Below, in pieces: positions 24,701 through 40,110 of a stretch of DNA of 64,000 nt (position 1 is its first letter; each line of letters begins with the position of its first letter). Below the pieces are notes generated by a model. That model worked only from the letters and a program-made list of their open reading frames with translations. It was not told the origin of the DNA and did no database searches. The stretch lies in assembly GCA_964016885.1 (NCBI GenBank), contig OZ024742.1, positions 37,572,001-37,636,000 of the forward strand, read 5' to 3'. The translations under genes and the position numbers were made by a program. The DNA is from Eledone cirrhosa (lineage: Eukaryota).

Positions 24701-27700
24701 ATTAACATTGTATATATACCTGGTTTATCCATATATGGCTGGGTGTATTAACATTGTATATATACCTGGTCTGTCCATGTATGGCTGGGTGTATTAACAT
24801 TGTATATATACCTGGTCTGTCCATGTATGGCTGGGTGTATTAATATTGTATATATACCTGGTCTGTCCATGTATGGCTGGGTGTATTAACATTGTATATA
24901 TACCTGGTCTGTCCATGTATGCCTGGGTGTATTAACATTGTATATATACCTGGTCTGTCCATGTATGCCTGGGTGTATTAACATTGTATATATATCTGGT
25001 CCGTCCATGTATGCCTGGGTGTATTAACATTGTATATATACCTGGTCTGTCCATATATGCCTGGGTGTATTAACATTGTATATATACCTGGTCTGTCCAT
25101 GTATGGCTGAGTGTATTAACATTGTATATATACCTGGTTTATCCATGTATGCCTGGGTGTATTAACATTGTATATATACCTGGTCTGTCCATGTATGCCT
25201 GGGTGTATTAACATTGTATATATACCTGGTCTGTCCATATATGCCAGGGTGTATTAACATCGTATATATACCTGGTTTATCCATATATGGCTGGGTGTAT
25301 TAACATTGTATATATACCTGGTCTGTCCATGTATGGCTGGGTGTATTAACATTCTATATATACCTGGTCTGTCCATGTATGGCTGGGTGTATTAACATTG
25401 TATATATACCTGGTCTGTCCATGTATGCCTGGGTGTATTAACATTGTATATATACCTGGATAATCCATATATGGCTGGGTGTATTAACATTGTATATATA
25501 CCTGGTTTATCCATGTATGCCTGGGTGTATTAACATTGTATATATATCTGGTCCGTCCATGTATGCCTGGGTGTATTAACATTGTATATATACCTGGTCT
25601 GTCCATATATGCCTGGGTGTATTAACATTGTATATATACCTGGTCTGTCCATGTATGGCTGAGTGTATTAACATTGTATATATACCTGGTTTATCCATGT
25701 ATGCCTGGGTGTATTAACATTGTATATATACCTGGTTTATCCATGTATGCCTGGTTGTATTAACATTGTATATATACCTGGTCTGTCCATATATGGCTGG
25801 GTGTATTAACATTGTATATATACCTGGTCTGTCCATGTATGCCTGGGTGTATTAACATTGTATATATACCTGGTCTGTCCATATATGCCAGGGTGTATTA
25901 ACATCGTATATATACCTGGTTTATCCATATATGGCTGGGTGTATTAACATTGTATATATACCTGGTTTATCCATATATGCCTGGGTGTATTAACATCGTA
26001 TATATACCTGGTCTGTCCATGTATGCCTGGGTGTATTAACATTGTATATATACCTGGTTTATCCATATATGGCTGGGTGTATTAACATTGTATATATACC
26101 TGGTTTATCCATGTATGCCTGGTTGTATTAACATTGTATATATACCTGGTCTGTCCATATATGGCTGGGTGTATTAACATTGTATATATAACTGGTCTGT
26201 CCATGTATGCCTGGGTGTATTAACATTGTATATATACCTGGTCTGTCCATGTATGCCTGGGTGTATTAACATTGTATATATACCTGGTCTGTCCATGTAT
26301 GGCTGGGTGTATTAACATTGTATATATACCTGGTATGTCCATATATGGCTGGGTGTATTAACATTGTATATATACCTGGTCCGTCCATATATGGCTGGGT
26401 GTTTTAACATTGTATATATACCTGGTTTGTCCATATATGGCTGAGTGTATTAACATCGTATATATACCTGGTTTATCCATATATGGCTGGGTGTATTAAC
26501 ATTGTATATATACCTGGTCTGTCCATGTATGGCTGGGTGTATTAACATTGTATATATACCTGGTTTATCCATATATGGCTGGGTGTATTAACATTGTATA
26601 TATACCTGGTCTGTCCATGTATGGCTGGGTGTATTAACATTGTATATATACCTGGTCTGTCCATATATGGCTGGGTGTATTAACATTGTATATATACCTG
26701 GTTTGTCCATATATGGCTGGGTGTATTAACATTGTATATATACCTGGTCTGTCCATGTATGCCTGGGTGTATTAACATTGTATATATACCTGGTCTGTCC
26801 ATGTATGCCTGGGTGTATTAACATTGTATATATACCTGGTTTATCCATATATGGCTGGGTGTATTAACATTGTATATATACCTGGTCTGTCCATGTATGC
26901 CTGGGTGTATTAACATTGTATATATACCTGGTCTGTCCATGTATGCCTGGGTGTATTAACATTGTATATATACCTGGTTTATCCATATATGGCTGGGTGT
27001 ATTAACATTGTATATATATCTGGTCCGTCCATATATGGCTGGGTGTATTAACATTGTATATATACCTGGTTTATCCATGTATGCCTGGGTGTATTAACAT
27101 TGTATATATACCTGGTTTGTCCATGTATGCCTGGGTGTATTAACATTGTATATATACCTGGTCTGTCCATGTATGCCTGGGTGTATTAACATTGTATATA
27201 TACCTGGTCTGTCCATATATGGCTGGGTGTATTAACATTGTATATATACCTGGTCTGTCCATATATGGCTGGGTGTATTAACATTGTATATATACCTGGT
27301 TTATCCATATATGGCTGGGTGTATTAACATTGTATATATACCTGGTTTATCCATATATGGCTGGGTGTATTAACATTGTATATATACCTGGTTTATCCAT
27401 GTATGGCTGGGTGTATTAACATTGTATATATACCTGGTCTGTCCATGTATGGCTCGGTGTATTAACATTGTATATATAACTGGTCTGTCCATGTATGGCT
27501 GGGTGTATTAACATTGTATATATACCTGGTCTGTCCATGTATTCCTGGGTGTATTAACATTGTATATATACCTGGTCTGTCCATGTATGCCTGGGTGTAT
27601 TAACATTGTATATATACCTGGTTTATCCATATATGGCTGGGTGTATTAACATTGTATATATACCTGGTTTATCCATGTATGGCTGGGTGTATTAACATTG

Positions 27701-30700
27701 TATACATACCTGGTCTGTCCATGTATGGCTGGGTGTATTAACATTGTATATATACCTGGTCTGTCCATGTATGGCTGGGTGTATTAACATTGTATATATA
27801 CCTGGTCTGTCCATGTATGCCTGGGTGTATTAACATTGTATATATATCTGCTCCGTCCATGTATGCCTGGGTGTATTAACATTGTATATATACCTGGTCT
27901 GTCCATGTATGCCTGGGTGTATTAACATTGTATATATACCTGGTCTGTCCATGTATGGCTGGGTGTATTAACATTGTATATATACCTGGTCTGTCCATGT
28001 ATGGCTGGGTGTATTAACATTGTATATATACCTGGTCTGTCCATGTATGCCTGGGTGTATTAACATTGTATATATACCTGGTTTATCCATATATGGCTGG
28101 GTGTATTAACATTGTATATATACCTGGTTTATCCATGTATGCCTGGGTGTATTAACATTGTATATATACCTGGTTTATCCATGTATGCCTGGGTGTATTA
28201 ACATTGTATATATACCTGGTCTGTCCATATATGGCTGGGTGTATTAACATTGTATATATACCTGGTCTGTCCATGTATGCCTGGGTGTATTAACATTGTA
28301 TATATACCTGGTCTGTCCATATATGGCTGGGTGTATTAACATTGTATATATACCTGGTCTGTCCATGTATGCCTGGGTGTATTAACATTGTATATATACC
28401 TGGTTTATCCATATATGGCTGGGTGTATTAACATTGTATATATACCTGGTTTATCCATGTATGCCTGGGTGTATTAACATTGTATATATACCTGGTCTGT
28501 CCATGTATGCCTGGGTGTATTAACATTGTATATATACCTGGTCTGTCCATGTATGGCTGGGTGTATTAACATTGTATATATACCTGGTTTGTCCATATAT
28601 GGCTGGGTGTATTAACATTGTATATATACCTGGTCCGTCCATATATGGCTGGGTGTTTTAACATTGTATATATACCTGGTTTGTCCATATATGGCTGAGT
28701 GTATTAACATCGTATATATACCTGGTCTGTCCATGTATGGCTGGGTGTATTAACATTGTATATATACCTGGTTTGTCCATATATGGCTGGGTGTATTAAC
28801 ATTGTATATATACCTGGTCCGTCCATATATGGCTGGGTGTTTTAACATTGTATATATACCTGGTTTGTCCATATATGGCTGAGTGTATTAACATCGTATA
28901 TATACCTGGTTTATCCATATATGGCTGGGTGTATTTACATTGTATATATACCTGGTCTGTCCATGTATGGCTGGGTGTATTAACATTGTATATATACCTG
29001 GTTTATCCATATATGGCTGGGTGTATTAACATTGTATATATACCTGGTCTGTCCATGTATGGCTGGGTGTATTAACATTGTATATATACCTGGTCTGTCC
29101 ATATATGGCTGGGTGTATTAACATTGTATATATACCTGGTTTGTCCATATATGGCTGGGTGTATTAACATTGTATATATACCTGGTCTGTCCATGTATGC
29201 CTGGGTGTATTAACATTGTATATATACCTGGTCTGTCCATGTATGCCTGGGTGTATTAACATTGTATATATACCTGGTTTATCCATATATGGCTGGGTGT
29301 ATTAACATTGTATATATACCTGGTCTGTCCATGTATGCCTGGGTGTATTAACATTGTATATATACCTGGTCTGTCCATGTATGCCTGGGTGTATTAACAT
29401 TGTATATATACCTGGTTTATCCATATATGGCTGGGTGTATTAACATTGTATATATATCTGGTCCGTCCATATATGGCTGGGTGTATTAACATTGTATATA
29501 TACCTGGTTTATCCATGTATGCCTGGGTGTATTAACATTGTATATATAGCTGGTTTGTCCATGTATGCCTGGGTGTATTAACATTGTATATATACCTGGT
29601 CTGTCCATGTATGCCTGGGTGTATTAACATTGTATATATAACTGGTCTGTCCATGTATGGCTGGGTGTATTAACATTGTATATATACCTGGTCTGTCCAT
29701 GTATGCCTGGGTGTATTAACATTGTATATATAACTGGTCTGTCCATGTATGGCTGGGTGTATTAACATTGTATATATACCTGGTCTGTCCATGTATGCCT
29801 GGGTGTATTAACATTGTATATATACCTGGTCTGTCCATGTATGCCTGGGTGTATTAACATTGTATATATACCTGGTTTATCCATATATGGCTGGGTGTAT
29901 TAACATTGTATATATACCTGGTTTATCCATGTATGGCTGGGTGTATTAACATTGTATATATACCTGGTCTGTCCATGTATGGCTGGGTGTATTAACATTG
30001 TATATATACCTGGTCTGTCCATGTATGGCTGGGTGTATTAACATTGTATATATACCTGGTCTGTCCATGTATGCCTGGGTGTATTAACATTGTATATATA
30101 TCTGCTCCGTCCATGTATGCCTGGGTGTATTAACATTGTATATATACCTGGTCTGTCCATGTATGCCTGGGTGTATTAACATTGTATATATACCTGGTCT
30201 GTCCATGTATGGCTGAGTGTATTAACATTGTATATATACCTGGTCTGTCCATGTATGCCTGGGTGTATTAACATTGTATATATACCTGGTTTATCCATAT
30301 ATGGCTGAGTGTATTAACATTGTATATATACCTGGTCTGTCCATATATGGCTGGGTGTATTAACATTGTATATATACCTGGTTTATCCATGTATGCCTGG
30401 GTGTATTAACATTGTATATATACCTGGTCTGTCCATGTATGGCTGGGTGTATTAACATTGTATATATACCTGGTCTGTCCATATATGCTTGGGTGTATTA
30501 ACATTGTATATATACCTGGTCTGTCCATGTATGGCTGGGTGTATTAACATTGTATATATACCTGGTTTATCCATATATGGCTGGGTGTATTAACATTGTA
30601 TATATACCTGGTTTATCCATGTATGCCTGGGTGTATTAACATTGTATATATACCTGGTTTATCCATATATGGCTGGGTGTATTAACATTGTATATATACC

Positions 30701-31867
30701 TGGTTTATCCATGTATGCCTGGGTGTATTAACATTGTATATATACCTGGTCTGTCCATATATGGCTGGGTGTATTAACATTGTATATATACCTGGTCTGT
30801 CCATGTATGGCTGGGTGTATTAACATTGTATATATACCTGGTTTATCCATGTATGCCTGGGTGTATTAACATTGTATATATACCTGGTTTATCCATATAT
30901 GGCTGGGTGTATTAACATTGTATATATACCTGGTTTGTCCATGTATGGCTGGGTGTATTAACATTGTATATATACCTGGTTTGTCCATGTATGCCTGGGT
31001 GTATTAACATTGTATATATACCTGGTCTGTCCATATATGCCTGGGTGTATTAACATTGTATATATACCTGGTCTGTCCATGTATGGCTGGGTGTATTAAC
31101 ATTGTATATATACCTGGTTTGTCCATGTATGGCTGGGTGTATTAACATTGTATATATACCTGGTCTGTCCATATATGGCTGGGTGTATTAATATTGTATA
31201 TATACCTGGTTTGTCCATGTATGGCTGGGTGTATTAACATTGTATATATACCTGGTTTGTCCATGTATGCCTGGGTGTATTAACATTGTATATATACCTG
31301 GTTTGTCCATGTATGCCTGGGTGTATTAACATTGTATATAGACGTTGTTTATCCATATATGGCTGGGTGTATTAACATTGTATATATACCTGGTCTGTCC
31401 ATATATGGCTGGGTGTATTAACATTGTATATATACCTGGTTTGTCCATATATGGCTGGGTGTATTAACATTGTATATAGACGTTGTTTATCCATATATGG
31501 CTGGGTGTATTAACATTGTATATATACCTGGTTTATCCATATATGGCTGGGTGTATTAACATCGTATATATACCTGGTTTGTCCATGTATGGCTGGGTGT
31601 ATTAACATTGTATATATACCTGGTTTATCCATATATGGCTGGGTGTATTAACATCGTATATATACCTGGTTTGTCCATGTATGGCTGGGTATTAACATTG
31701 TATATATACCTGGTTTATCCATATATGGCTGGGTGTATTAACATCGTATATATACCTGGTTTGTCCATGTATGGCTGGGTGTATTAACATTGTATATATA
31801 TACCAGGTTTATCCATATATGGCTGGGTGTATTAACATTGTATATATATACCAGGTTTATCCATGTA
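18797..31867. repeat. 46-bp satellite array 2, about 13.1 kb and 284 units
   Basis: Uninterrupted 46-bp period; same unit and same flanks as array 1. Confidence 0.99.
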
Positions 31868-32496
31868 ACAAACATACAAAATAAAATGTGAAAAACACAA
31901 CCTAACTCCAAAAGATGAAATAACAGGAGTAAAAATAAACATATCACGACCATTGCATCATCAATATATGATGCTAAGTAAGAATATGTGTGTACAAGTG
32001 TTGATATGTGTATGTTTATCAGTGTGTTTCAGCTTTTTGTTGCATGTGTAATGTATCTGCATTTGTGAGTGTCATTTGGTGCATGTGTATTGGTTTGAAC
32101 ATAGATGGGACATTAGTGTGGGGCACAGTGGGGAAAGTAGATTAGATGAAGAAGGGCTGCACATTCAGTCCATAGGGGTGGGGGCAATATATGCAGGAAA
32201 AAATGAACTTCAGTTCCCTCAGGTGGCTCGAGTTCATGGGTCCAGTGCAGGATGCCAGGCCAAAGACTGTAGGGTGTCATGTGGAATAGCCGAGAGAGCG
32301 AAAATATTGGGCAACAGGAGATGGGTTGCCAACATAGATGTCCCAAAGATGTTCAATGAATCTGTCAACAACACAAGTCAAATTATTTGAGTTAAGTCTG
32401 CTTCAGCTCTCACTATTTTTCTTAAATAAATCAAACTAATAAAGAATATATATCATCATCATGGTTTAATGTACATCTTCCACGCTAGCATAGGTT

Positions 32497-32546
<50 letters not shown>

Positions 32547-33596
32547 TTATTTTATGTCTGCTTTTCATACTGGCATTGGTTGGTCGCTACTGCCTGAGTC
32601 AGTTCCTAACTGGAGTTACTGCTCTCCTAGAGAGGTGATTGAAATAGGTCTCGTTAATGCGTTCCAAATGTTGGCATTGTTTCTACAGCGAGATGTCCTT
32701 CTTAACACATTACAGAATGTATTGATTATATTTTGTCATAACAATTCTAAAGAGGTTGTTTTATCCATTGCAAGGTTAGAGAGAGTTTTTCACTGCATGA
32801 AGTCTTTGTCCTTTCAAAGTGAACATTACTGAGAGATATTTTATTGAGAGTGATAGCCAAGAGTTGAAAGAGAAAAGAGTGAGAGAATAGATCCGAGTAT
32901 GTAGGGGAAACATGAGTGATAGTATGGTAGGGAAACAGAGGAGTAGAGGTAGACACATGTTAATTGTTGGTAGTGGATTGGTGGTTGAGTAGAAAACAGC
33001 ATGAGCAATGTGATGGGCTAGCCATAGGGATAAGTCATAGGATGAAATAGCTTTTCTAGATATTTTATTAAAATTTTAAGTCAGACACAAAAGTACAAAA
33101 GTCACAAAACCCAACTGTCAACTGGTCATAACATCAAAATAGTGACAAATGTCTGTGTAACCAGACTGGGTATTAAAGTTAATCCAAAATAAATTGCAGA
33201 AGATCACATATTTATATAACATTAAATAAATTATTACAACATTTCATTTGTTATTTACACAAATTTTCTACCAGATATATGGTGACAATGACACATGTAA
33301 ATTTCCATTCAGTTCCATTACCATATTGTAGAACATTTTGTAATGACAGTTAAAGAAAATCTCCAGCTCATGTTTGTCTGAGATAAAACAACAAAGATAA
33401 TGTAGTTTGAAAACACAGCCTTTCTCCATTTTTTGTTCAGTTCTGAAAGATTTCATTGCATCAATAGTCTCACAGCAATTCTATTGTGGCATGAAATAAT
33501 AATTTGTACAAATTCTTCATTATTTTCTTGTTTATGTGTCATGGAGCATTGCAATGAGTCAAACTACCACCATTAGTGGATATTTCTTCATGAATA

Positions 33597-34680
<1,084 letters not shown>

Positions 34681-34984
34681 AATTTTCTTACAAATATTCT
34701 AAAAATGTTTGTTATTTTCAAATGTTTAATGCAGAATAATAAATTCTCTGAAACTTCCCAACAGAATCTTCATGTTAAATGTCTCTATAATCTCAATTAA
34801 AATCAAAGTTACAGAGAACAGTTACTTGTATTCTCGATAATGTCAGTTTTCTGGTTTCAAAATCTGACAAATTTCTTGACATATCTTGAATCAACAATTA
34901 CCATCTGAATGTCACCACAAACTCTGAAAAAAAAAATAAGGTAGAAAGTATAGAGAAAAGTTAACAAAGATTATTAGTGATGGA

Positions 34985-35950
34985 TGATGAGCAGTAAAAA
35001 CACACATCTAGCCCTCAGCAGTCTGTGTCAACTTAGCTGAGCATTGAAAACACACCCCGAGTCTTCAGCAGTTGACAGTCAGTATTGCGTTAGCTGAGCA
35101 GTGAAAAAACAGCTTTCACCCTAAGCAATTTTTTAACCAGTGTCACCTTAGTCAAACAATCAAAACTCACCTCTGGCATTCAACAGCCTGTTAATCAGTG
35201 TTGCTTTAGCTGAGCAATGAAAACACACTTCTGGTTCTGAGCACTTTGTTAGTCAGTGTTACGTTAGCTGAGCAGTGGAAACTCACCTCTGGCCCTTGGC
35301 AGTCTGGTAGCTAATGTTGCCTTAGCTGAGAAATGAAAATGCAACTCTGGCACTGTGCAGCCAGAAGTCTGTAAGTCGGTGTTGCTTTACCTGAGCAATG
35401 AAAACTTATGTCTAGCCCTCAAAAGTCAGCATCCTGTTAATTAATGTCCCATTAGCTGAGCAGTGAAAACATGACTCTGGCCCTCAGCAGGCTTTTAGCG
35501 AGAGTTACCTTAGCTGAGAAGTAAAAACACACTTCTGGCCTACAACTGTCTGTTAATCAGTGATGCTTTAGCTGAAAGTTGAAAACACTCCTAGCACTAA
35601 ACAATTAGTGCAGGTATGAGCAACCTTTTTTCGAGTAGTGGGTTGCATAGGATGTGGCTCATCATAAGGCAAACTGCACCACTAAAGAATCCATTTTGAA
35701 ATTAGGTGTGTAGGTGTATCACTCACAAAGCCAAACGGGTCGCAGTTTGGCCATGATTGTATTAGTGTATACTTAACTGAGCAGTGAAAACATGCACCAG
35801 AGCCTCAGCTGTCTATTAGTCAGCGTCACATTAGCTGAGCAGTGAAAACACACCTCCGTCTCTCAGTATTCAGCAGCCTGTTAGTAAGTGTCACATCAGA
35901 TGAGCACTGCAAACATGTCTGGTCGTCAGTAGTTTGTTAATCAGTGTCAT
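34985..35950. repeat. 58-bp diverged tandem repeat (cassette B); left part removed by a ~965-bp deletion
   Basis: tattagtgatgga is joined directly to gatgagcagtaaaaac; these lie at 13441 and 14419 in cassette A. Confidence 0.85.
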
Positions 35951-36197
35951 CCAGATAACCAGGTGGAGAGATACTTCAGATGATTTTATCACAGCATATC
36001 CACTAACTTTTCTGGTGACCAGTGTACAGCTAGCCTTTCTTTCATTGTATGGTTTCTGAATTAGGAACAAAGTCAGCAATTTAATGGGAGGAGAAAGTCG
36101 ATTATATCGACTCCGGTAGTTGACTGGCATCGAGTCGAAAGGATGAAAGGCAAAGTTAACCTCAGCAGGATTATAACATATAAGAATAAAATGAGTC

Positions 36198-38109
36198 TAT
36201 AGCGATGAACGGCTGCGTGTTCGTATCACGTCAGGGTTACCAATATAGTGAAGAACTCGTGTGTATAATATTTAATCAACAATTTAACAGTATAGTTGAC
36301 ATGTCAATGAATAAACGAAAGAATGAAGCAAAGTTAGTAGTTACCGTTTTGATTGCCAGGCAAACGCGAGACGCCTGGCGAAGGCCAGGCGCCGGAAGGG
36401 CAGATGAGAGGGAGAGAGCCGAAGGCTATTGGTTTTATAGGGCTCTGCCGGAAGTTACAGAAAGGGTTCTACATTCCGTCTAGATGTTAATCTATTGGGT
36501 TTGTGAGTCACAACAAGGGAGACAACCGCTACATAACCTCCCGCCAGAATTTTAGAATATAAAAATCGCATGAAATATGTAGCAAGTTGGCGAGAATGTT
36601 GTAACAGGCATGAAAATTATGACAAAAGAATGTTTGCAAAAATCAATGATAGATATCAAGGTAGCCAACCGCTCTTGGCCAGAGAACGACTGGACATCTA
36701 TCTATCCATTACCCAAAGATACAATGTAATAAAGTAAGAGAAGAGCTCAAAGTTCAAATGTACAAAATATAGTTCACAGGTGTGCAATCACATGACAGCA
36801 GGAAAGAAAGTGTGTTCCAGAGAATGAATGCAGGTGGTTTCTGTTCTGTGGTATATCGTGAAATTTCCAACCTCCGAATGGATTTTCTCACAGGAAGAGT
36901 ACTGCAAAAATAAATTCTCTGGCTTGTTCTGCTGGTTTTGGTTGTTGGTGAAGCTGTGTTGCTGTCTCGCGGAGTGAGCGTATTTGGTGTTTAAATTCAC
37001 AGTAAAAAAATTTTTTTCAGAAAAAATGAGTTGCGCAAAGTGCTAAAAATAACAGCCGAAGTTGATGGTCGATGTTGAGAATGCGTTGACCTGGAAGGGT
37101 CAAGAGGCCAGCGACCAAAGAAATAAGCATTCTGAATAAATGCGCAGTTTTCAACGGCAAATTTACGTGGTAAATTTTTAAACCGGTAAATAGGAGAATA
37201 TAGCTTAAGGCTGAAGAATCCTTGGCGAGAAACGTTATCTCTGGCGTGCGGCTATCTCAGTGAGTCGAGAATTTGTGCTGCCCACACGTGCCAACACAAG
37301 GTTAAGCTAGGTTGAAAAAATAATATTTCTCACGCGCGAGAAAATGATAGTACAAGTGTGAAAGTGACAATGATGAAAAAGAAAGGCTTCACTTAGCATA
37401 ATAGTTGGTGTGAACTTTGGAAAAAAAAACTTGAACGATGAAGAAAACGATGAAAAAAAAGGCAATGGTTCATCGAAAATAAATGTTCCTGTTGAAATGT
37501 TTTTTAAAGAATATCAAATTTCTTTTTTTTTTTTTTTTTGAAAGTGTTCGTTGTAAGAAACGAGAAACATATATATATATCGTGAAATGCGACAGTTAGT
37601 TGATGCGTGAGAGAAAAAGTCTGTCTGTGCGAAAATTTCACATGTGCGTGGTGTGTTCGTTTCTTTCACTGAGTATTTTCATAGTTTGTCGATAAATTTG
37701 CTGTGTATTCGTAATGTTACTCACACAACTCCAGAATCTGCTATTTTTTTCTTTTTTCGGGGTGACCACTTATAGCGATGAAGAGCTGCGTGTTCGTATC
37801 ACGTCAGGGTTACCAATATAGTGAAGAACTCGTGTGTATAATACTTAATCAACAATTTAACAGTATAGTTGACATGTCAATGAATAAACGAAAGAATGAA
37901 GCAAAGTTAGTAGTTACCGTTTTGATTGCCAGGAAACCGCGATACGCCTGGCGAAGGCCAGGAGCCGGAATGGCAAATGAGAGGGAGAGAGCCGAAGGCT
38001 ATTGGTTTTATAGGGCTCTGCCGGAAGTTACAGAAAGGGTTCTACTTCCCGTCTAGATGTTGTTAATCTATTGGGGTTGTGAGTCACAACAAGGGAGACA
38101 ACCGCTACA
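36198..38109 (-). mobile_element. Non-autonomous Gypsy-like LTR retrotransposon (TRIM-like), 1912 bp
   Basis: LTRs 36198-36533 and 37771-38109; 4-bp TSD AGTC; empty site in cassettes A and D. Minus-strand PBS TGGTCACCCCGA (tRNA-Trp-like) at 37757-37768 and PPT ctggcgggaggtta at 36534-36547. No gag/pol ORF. Confidence 0.92.
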
Positions 38110-39105
38110 AGTCTGTGCTGTGTTCTGGAGAATTTATGTCAACGAACAGTTACTATTGGAACTAACATTCTGAATTTTAATTAACGTATCACTATCGTGA
38201 ATTATCATGATACCGCTGTTCTGATGTTTTGTATGTGTAATTAAAGTATATATAATCAAACACGTTGAACACAAGATAAACACACGTGTGAGCGTGTGTT
38301 TGTGCAAACACACGAAGATATTGTCAAAAGATTAACTATGGGGGTCTAAAATATAGGAAGATTCATTACAAACTGATTTGGTTGAAATGAAACTGTTGTC
38401 AAAGAAAGAATAACAATGGAAGGGGAACATTAGGACACTATGTCACAATTAATAACAAATACATCAATATTACCATGAATAGTGGTGCTAAATAGTTTAT
38501 AAAATTCAACATTACTAATTAAAACAATGTAAAGAACAGCTCACCATCAATACATACTGTGGGTTGTTGTTACAGTAGAGATGTTTACACTAGAAATACT
38601 AAAACATCATATTTAACAACAGATCGAATTATTGTGTATCTTTCTCGCTATTTAGTTAAATAATGTTGAGAGCCGAATGGATCTGTGAATTTTAACAAAC
38701 ATAAAACATATTTCATCTTCCTTTGGTAAAATTCAATTAAATCAGAAGAAACTAAGTGATATATCATTTAAGACATAACTAATGTATAAAATGATTAGTC
38801 GTACTTTCGTAAAAAAAACTTCCCGATTGTGTATGTTCTGAGAAGGATTTTCCAAAAAGTATAGCAAGTGATTTAATACATTAACTGTGGTTGTATCTGT
38901 GAGCGTGTATACAGTCATACTTTAAGCAAGATGCGGACTCCCGGCTTATATGTAGCCCTTCTTAACATCCTGCATTTCCCCACAAACATAAATTTCATTT
39001 CTCGGTTTTAGCTCGCTCTCAACTTCCTATTCCCATCCAGTAGATTTAACACTAATTGTCTGTTTAAAAAAATGTCACCATTTACATTTAAACCTAAATT
39101 ATTTT

Positions 39106-40110
39106 AAGGTCAGAGGCCGAGTGGCCAGGGAACCCGTACGGTTAAAGGATTTGCTATCGTTCTATCAACCTTCACCCGTGCCCAGTACCCTAACCATATT
39201 CCAAGGAAGCTAACTTGTATCCCCCTATCTCCCCTCAATCGTCGGACTCAGTCGAAATTAGCCTTATTCACCCCACCACTCCCTAACAGCTAGCTTGTCT
39301 CTCACGCCACCGTCCTCACATTGCCAGTGTTAATGCTGAGTACTCCCCCCCCCCTCTAGCTCTGTCGTTAACCTAATTCTATCGTCGACCTCTCTGATGT
39401 TGCCAATTCACCACCAAACTGTGCTCACTGCTTCCGTACCAATTGATATTTGAAGACCCTTGAATGTCATTTGTGTAGCTTAAACTATCACAGGAGCTGT
39501 GTTGGCATTACTAAGGTTCAAGCTGAAAGTTTCTTAAACTGGACCTGTAACAAATGGCAATTCAGCAACAATTTACATTTGCAGGTCAGAACCTAGTTCT
39601 GACATTCAGATCTCTGTTGGGGATTTTGCTATTGCCCTCCAGTGCTTGTCTAAATTGAAATTCATCAACAGGATCCCAAAGGTATCTTGGATCAGTTTCA
39701 CCCGAGTTCTCTCCAAGCTGCTGAAAAACGTTTGCCTATCCAACAACATCTTGGATTGGCAGAAACTATTCTTGTTCACCCTAGTCTCTCTCCACATGTC
39801 CAACACAAAATCTTGATCCCTCACATCTTCTCTAAAATGGCAGTTCATGTTGTTTGATTCAACCCTAACTATTGCTCATCTCAGGTTGCCAAATTCAATG
39901 AATTTGACCTTAAAGGGGCTGTTAGCCTCCTAGGGATTGATCTTCAACGATCTCAGCACCTCAAAGATGATGACTTCTTGAGCCCTTGAAGAACCTCACC
40001 CAATTCATCAACCTATTCTCATCCGAGAATGTCCTCCCTTATATTCACCCTGTTCCTTGGGGCTAAACTGTTTGGCTTCACAAAGCTCTATGGTGACCTC
40101 CACCCCATCT
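39106..40110 (+). mobile_element. CRE-clade fragment (cassette C)
   Basis: Paralog of 7696-8860; lacks the KHPP segment. Confidence 0.7.

Noticed and set aside
18797-31867. CRISPR-like array or coding repeat (ORFs 18703-18891, 28848-29075, 31738-31953)
   Set aside because: Units are contiguous with no unique spacers, there are no cas genes, and the context is eukaryotic. The ORFs arise where a variant removes the TAA.
36205-38056. Two 92-aa ORFs as a duplicated gene
   Set aside because: They lie wholly within the two LTRs
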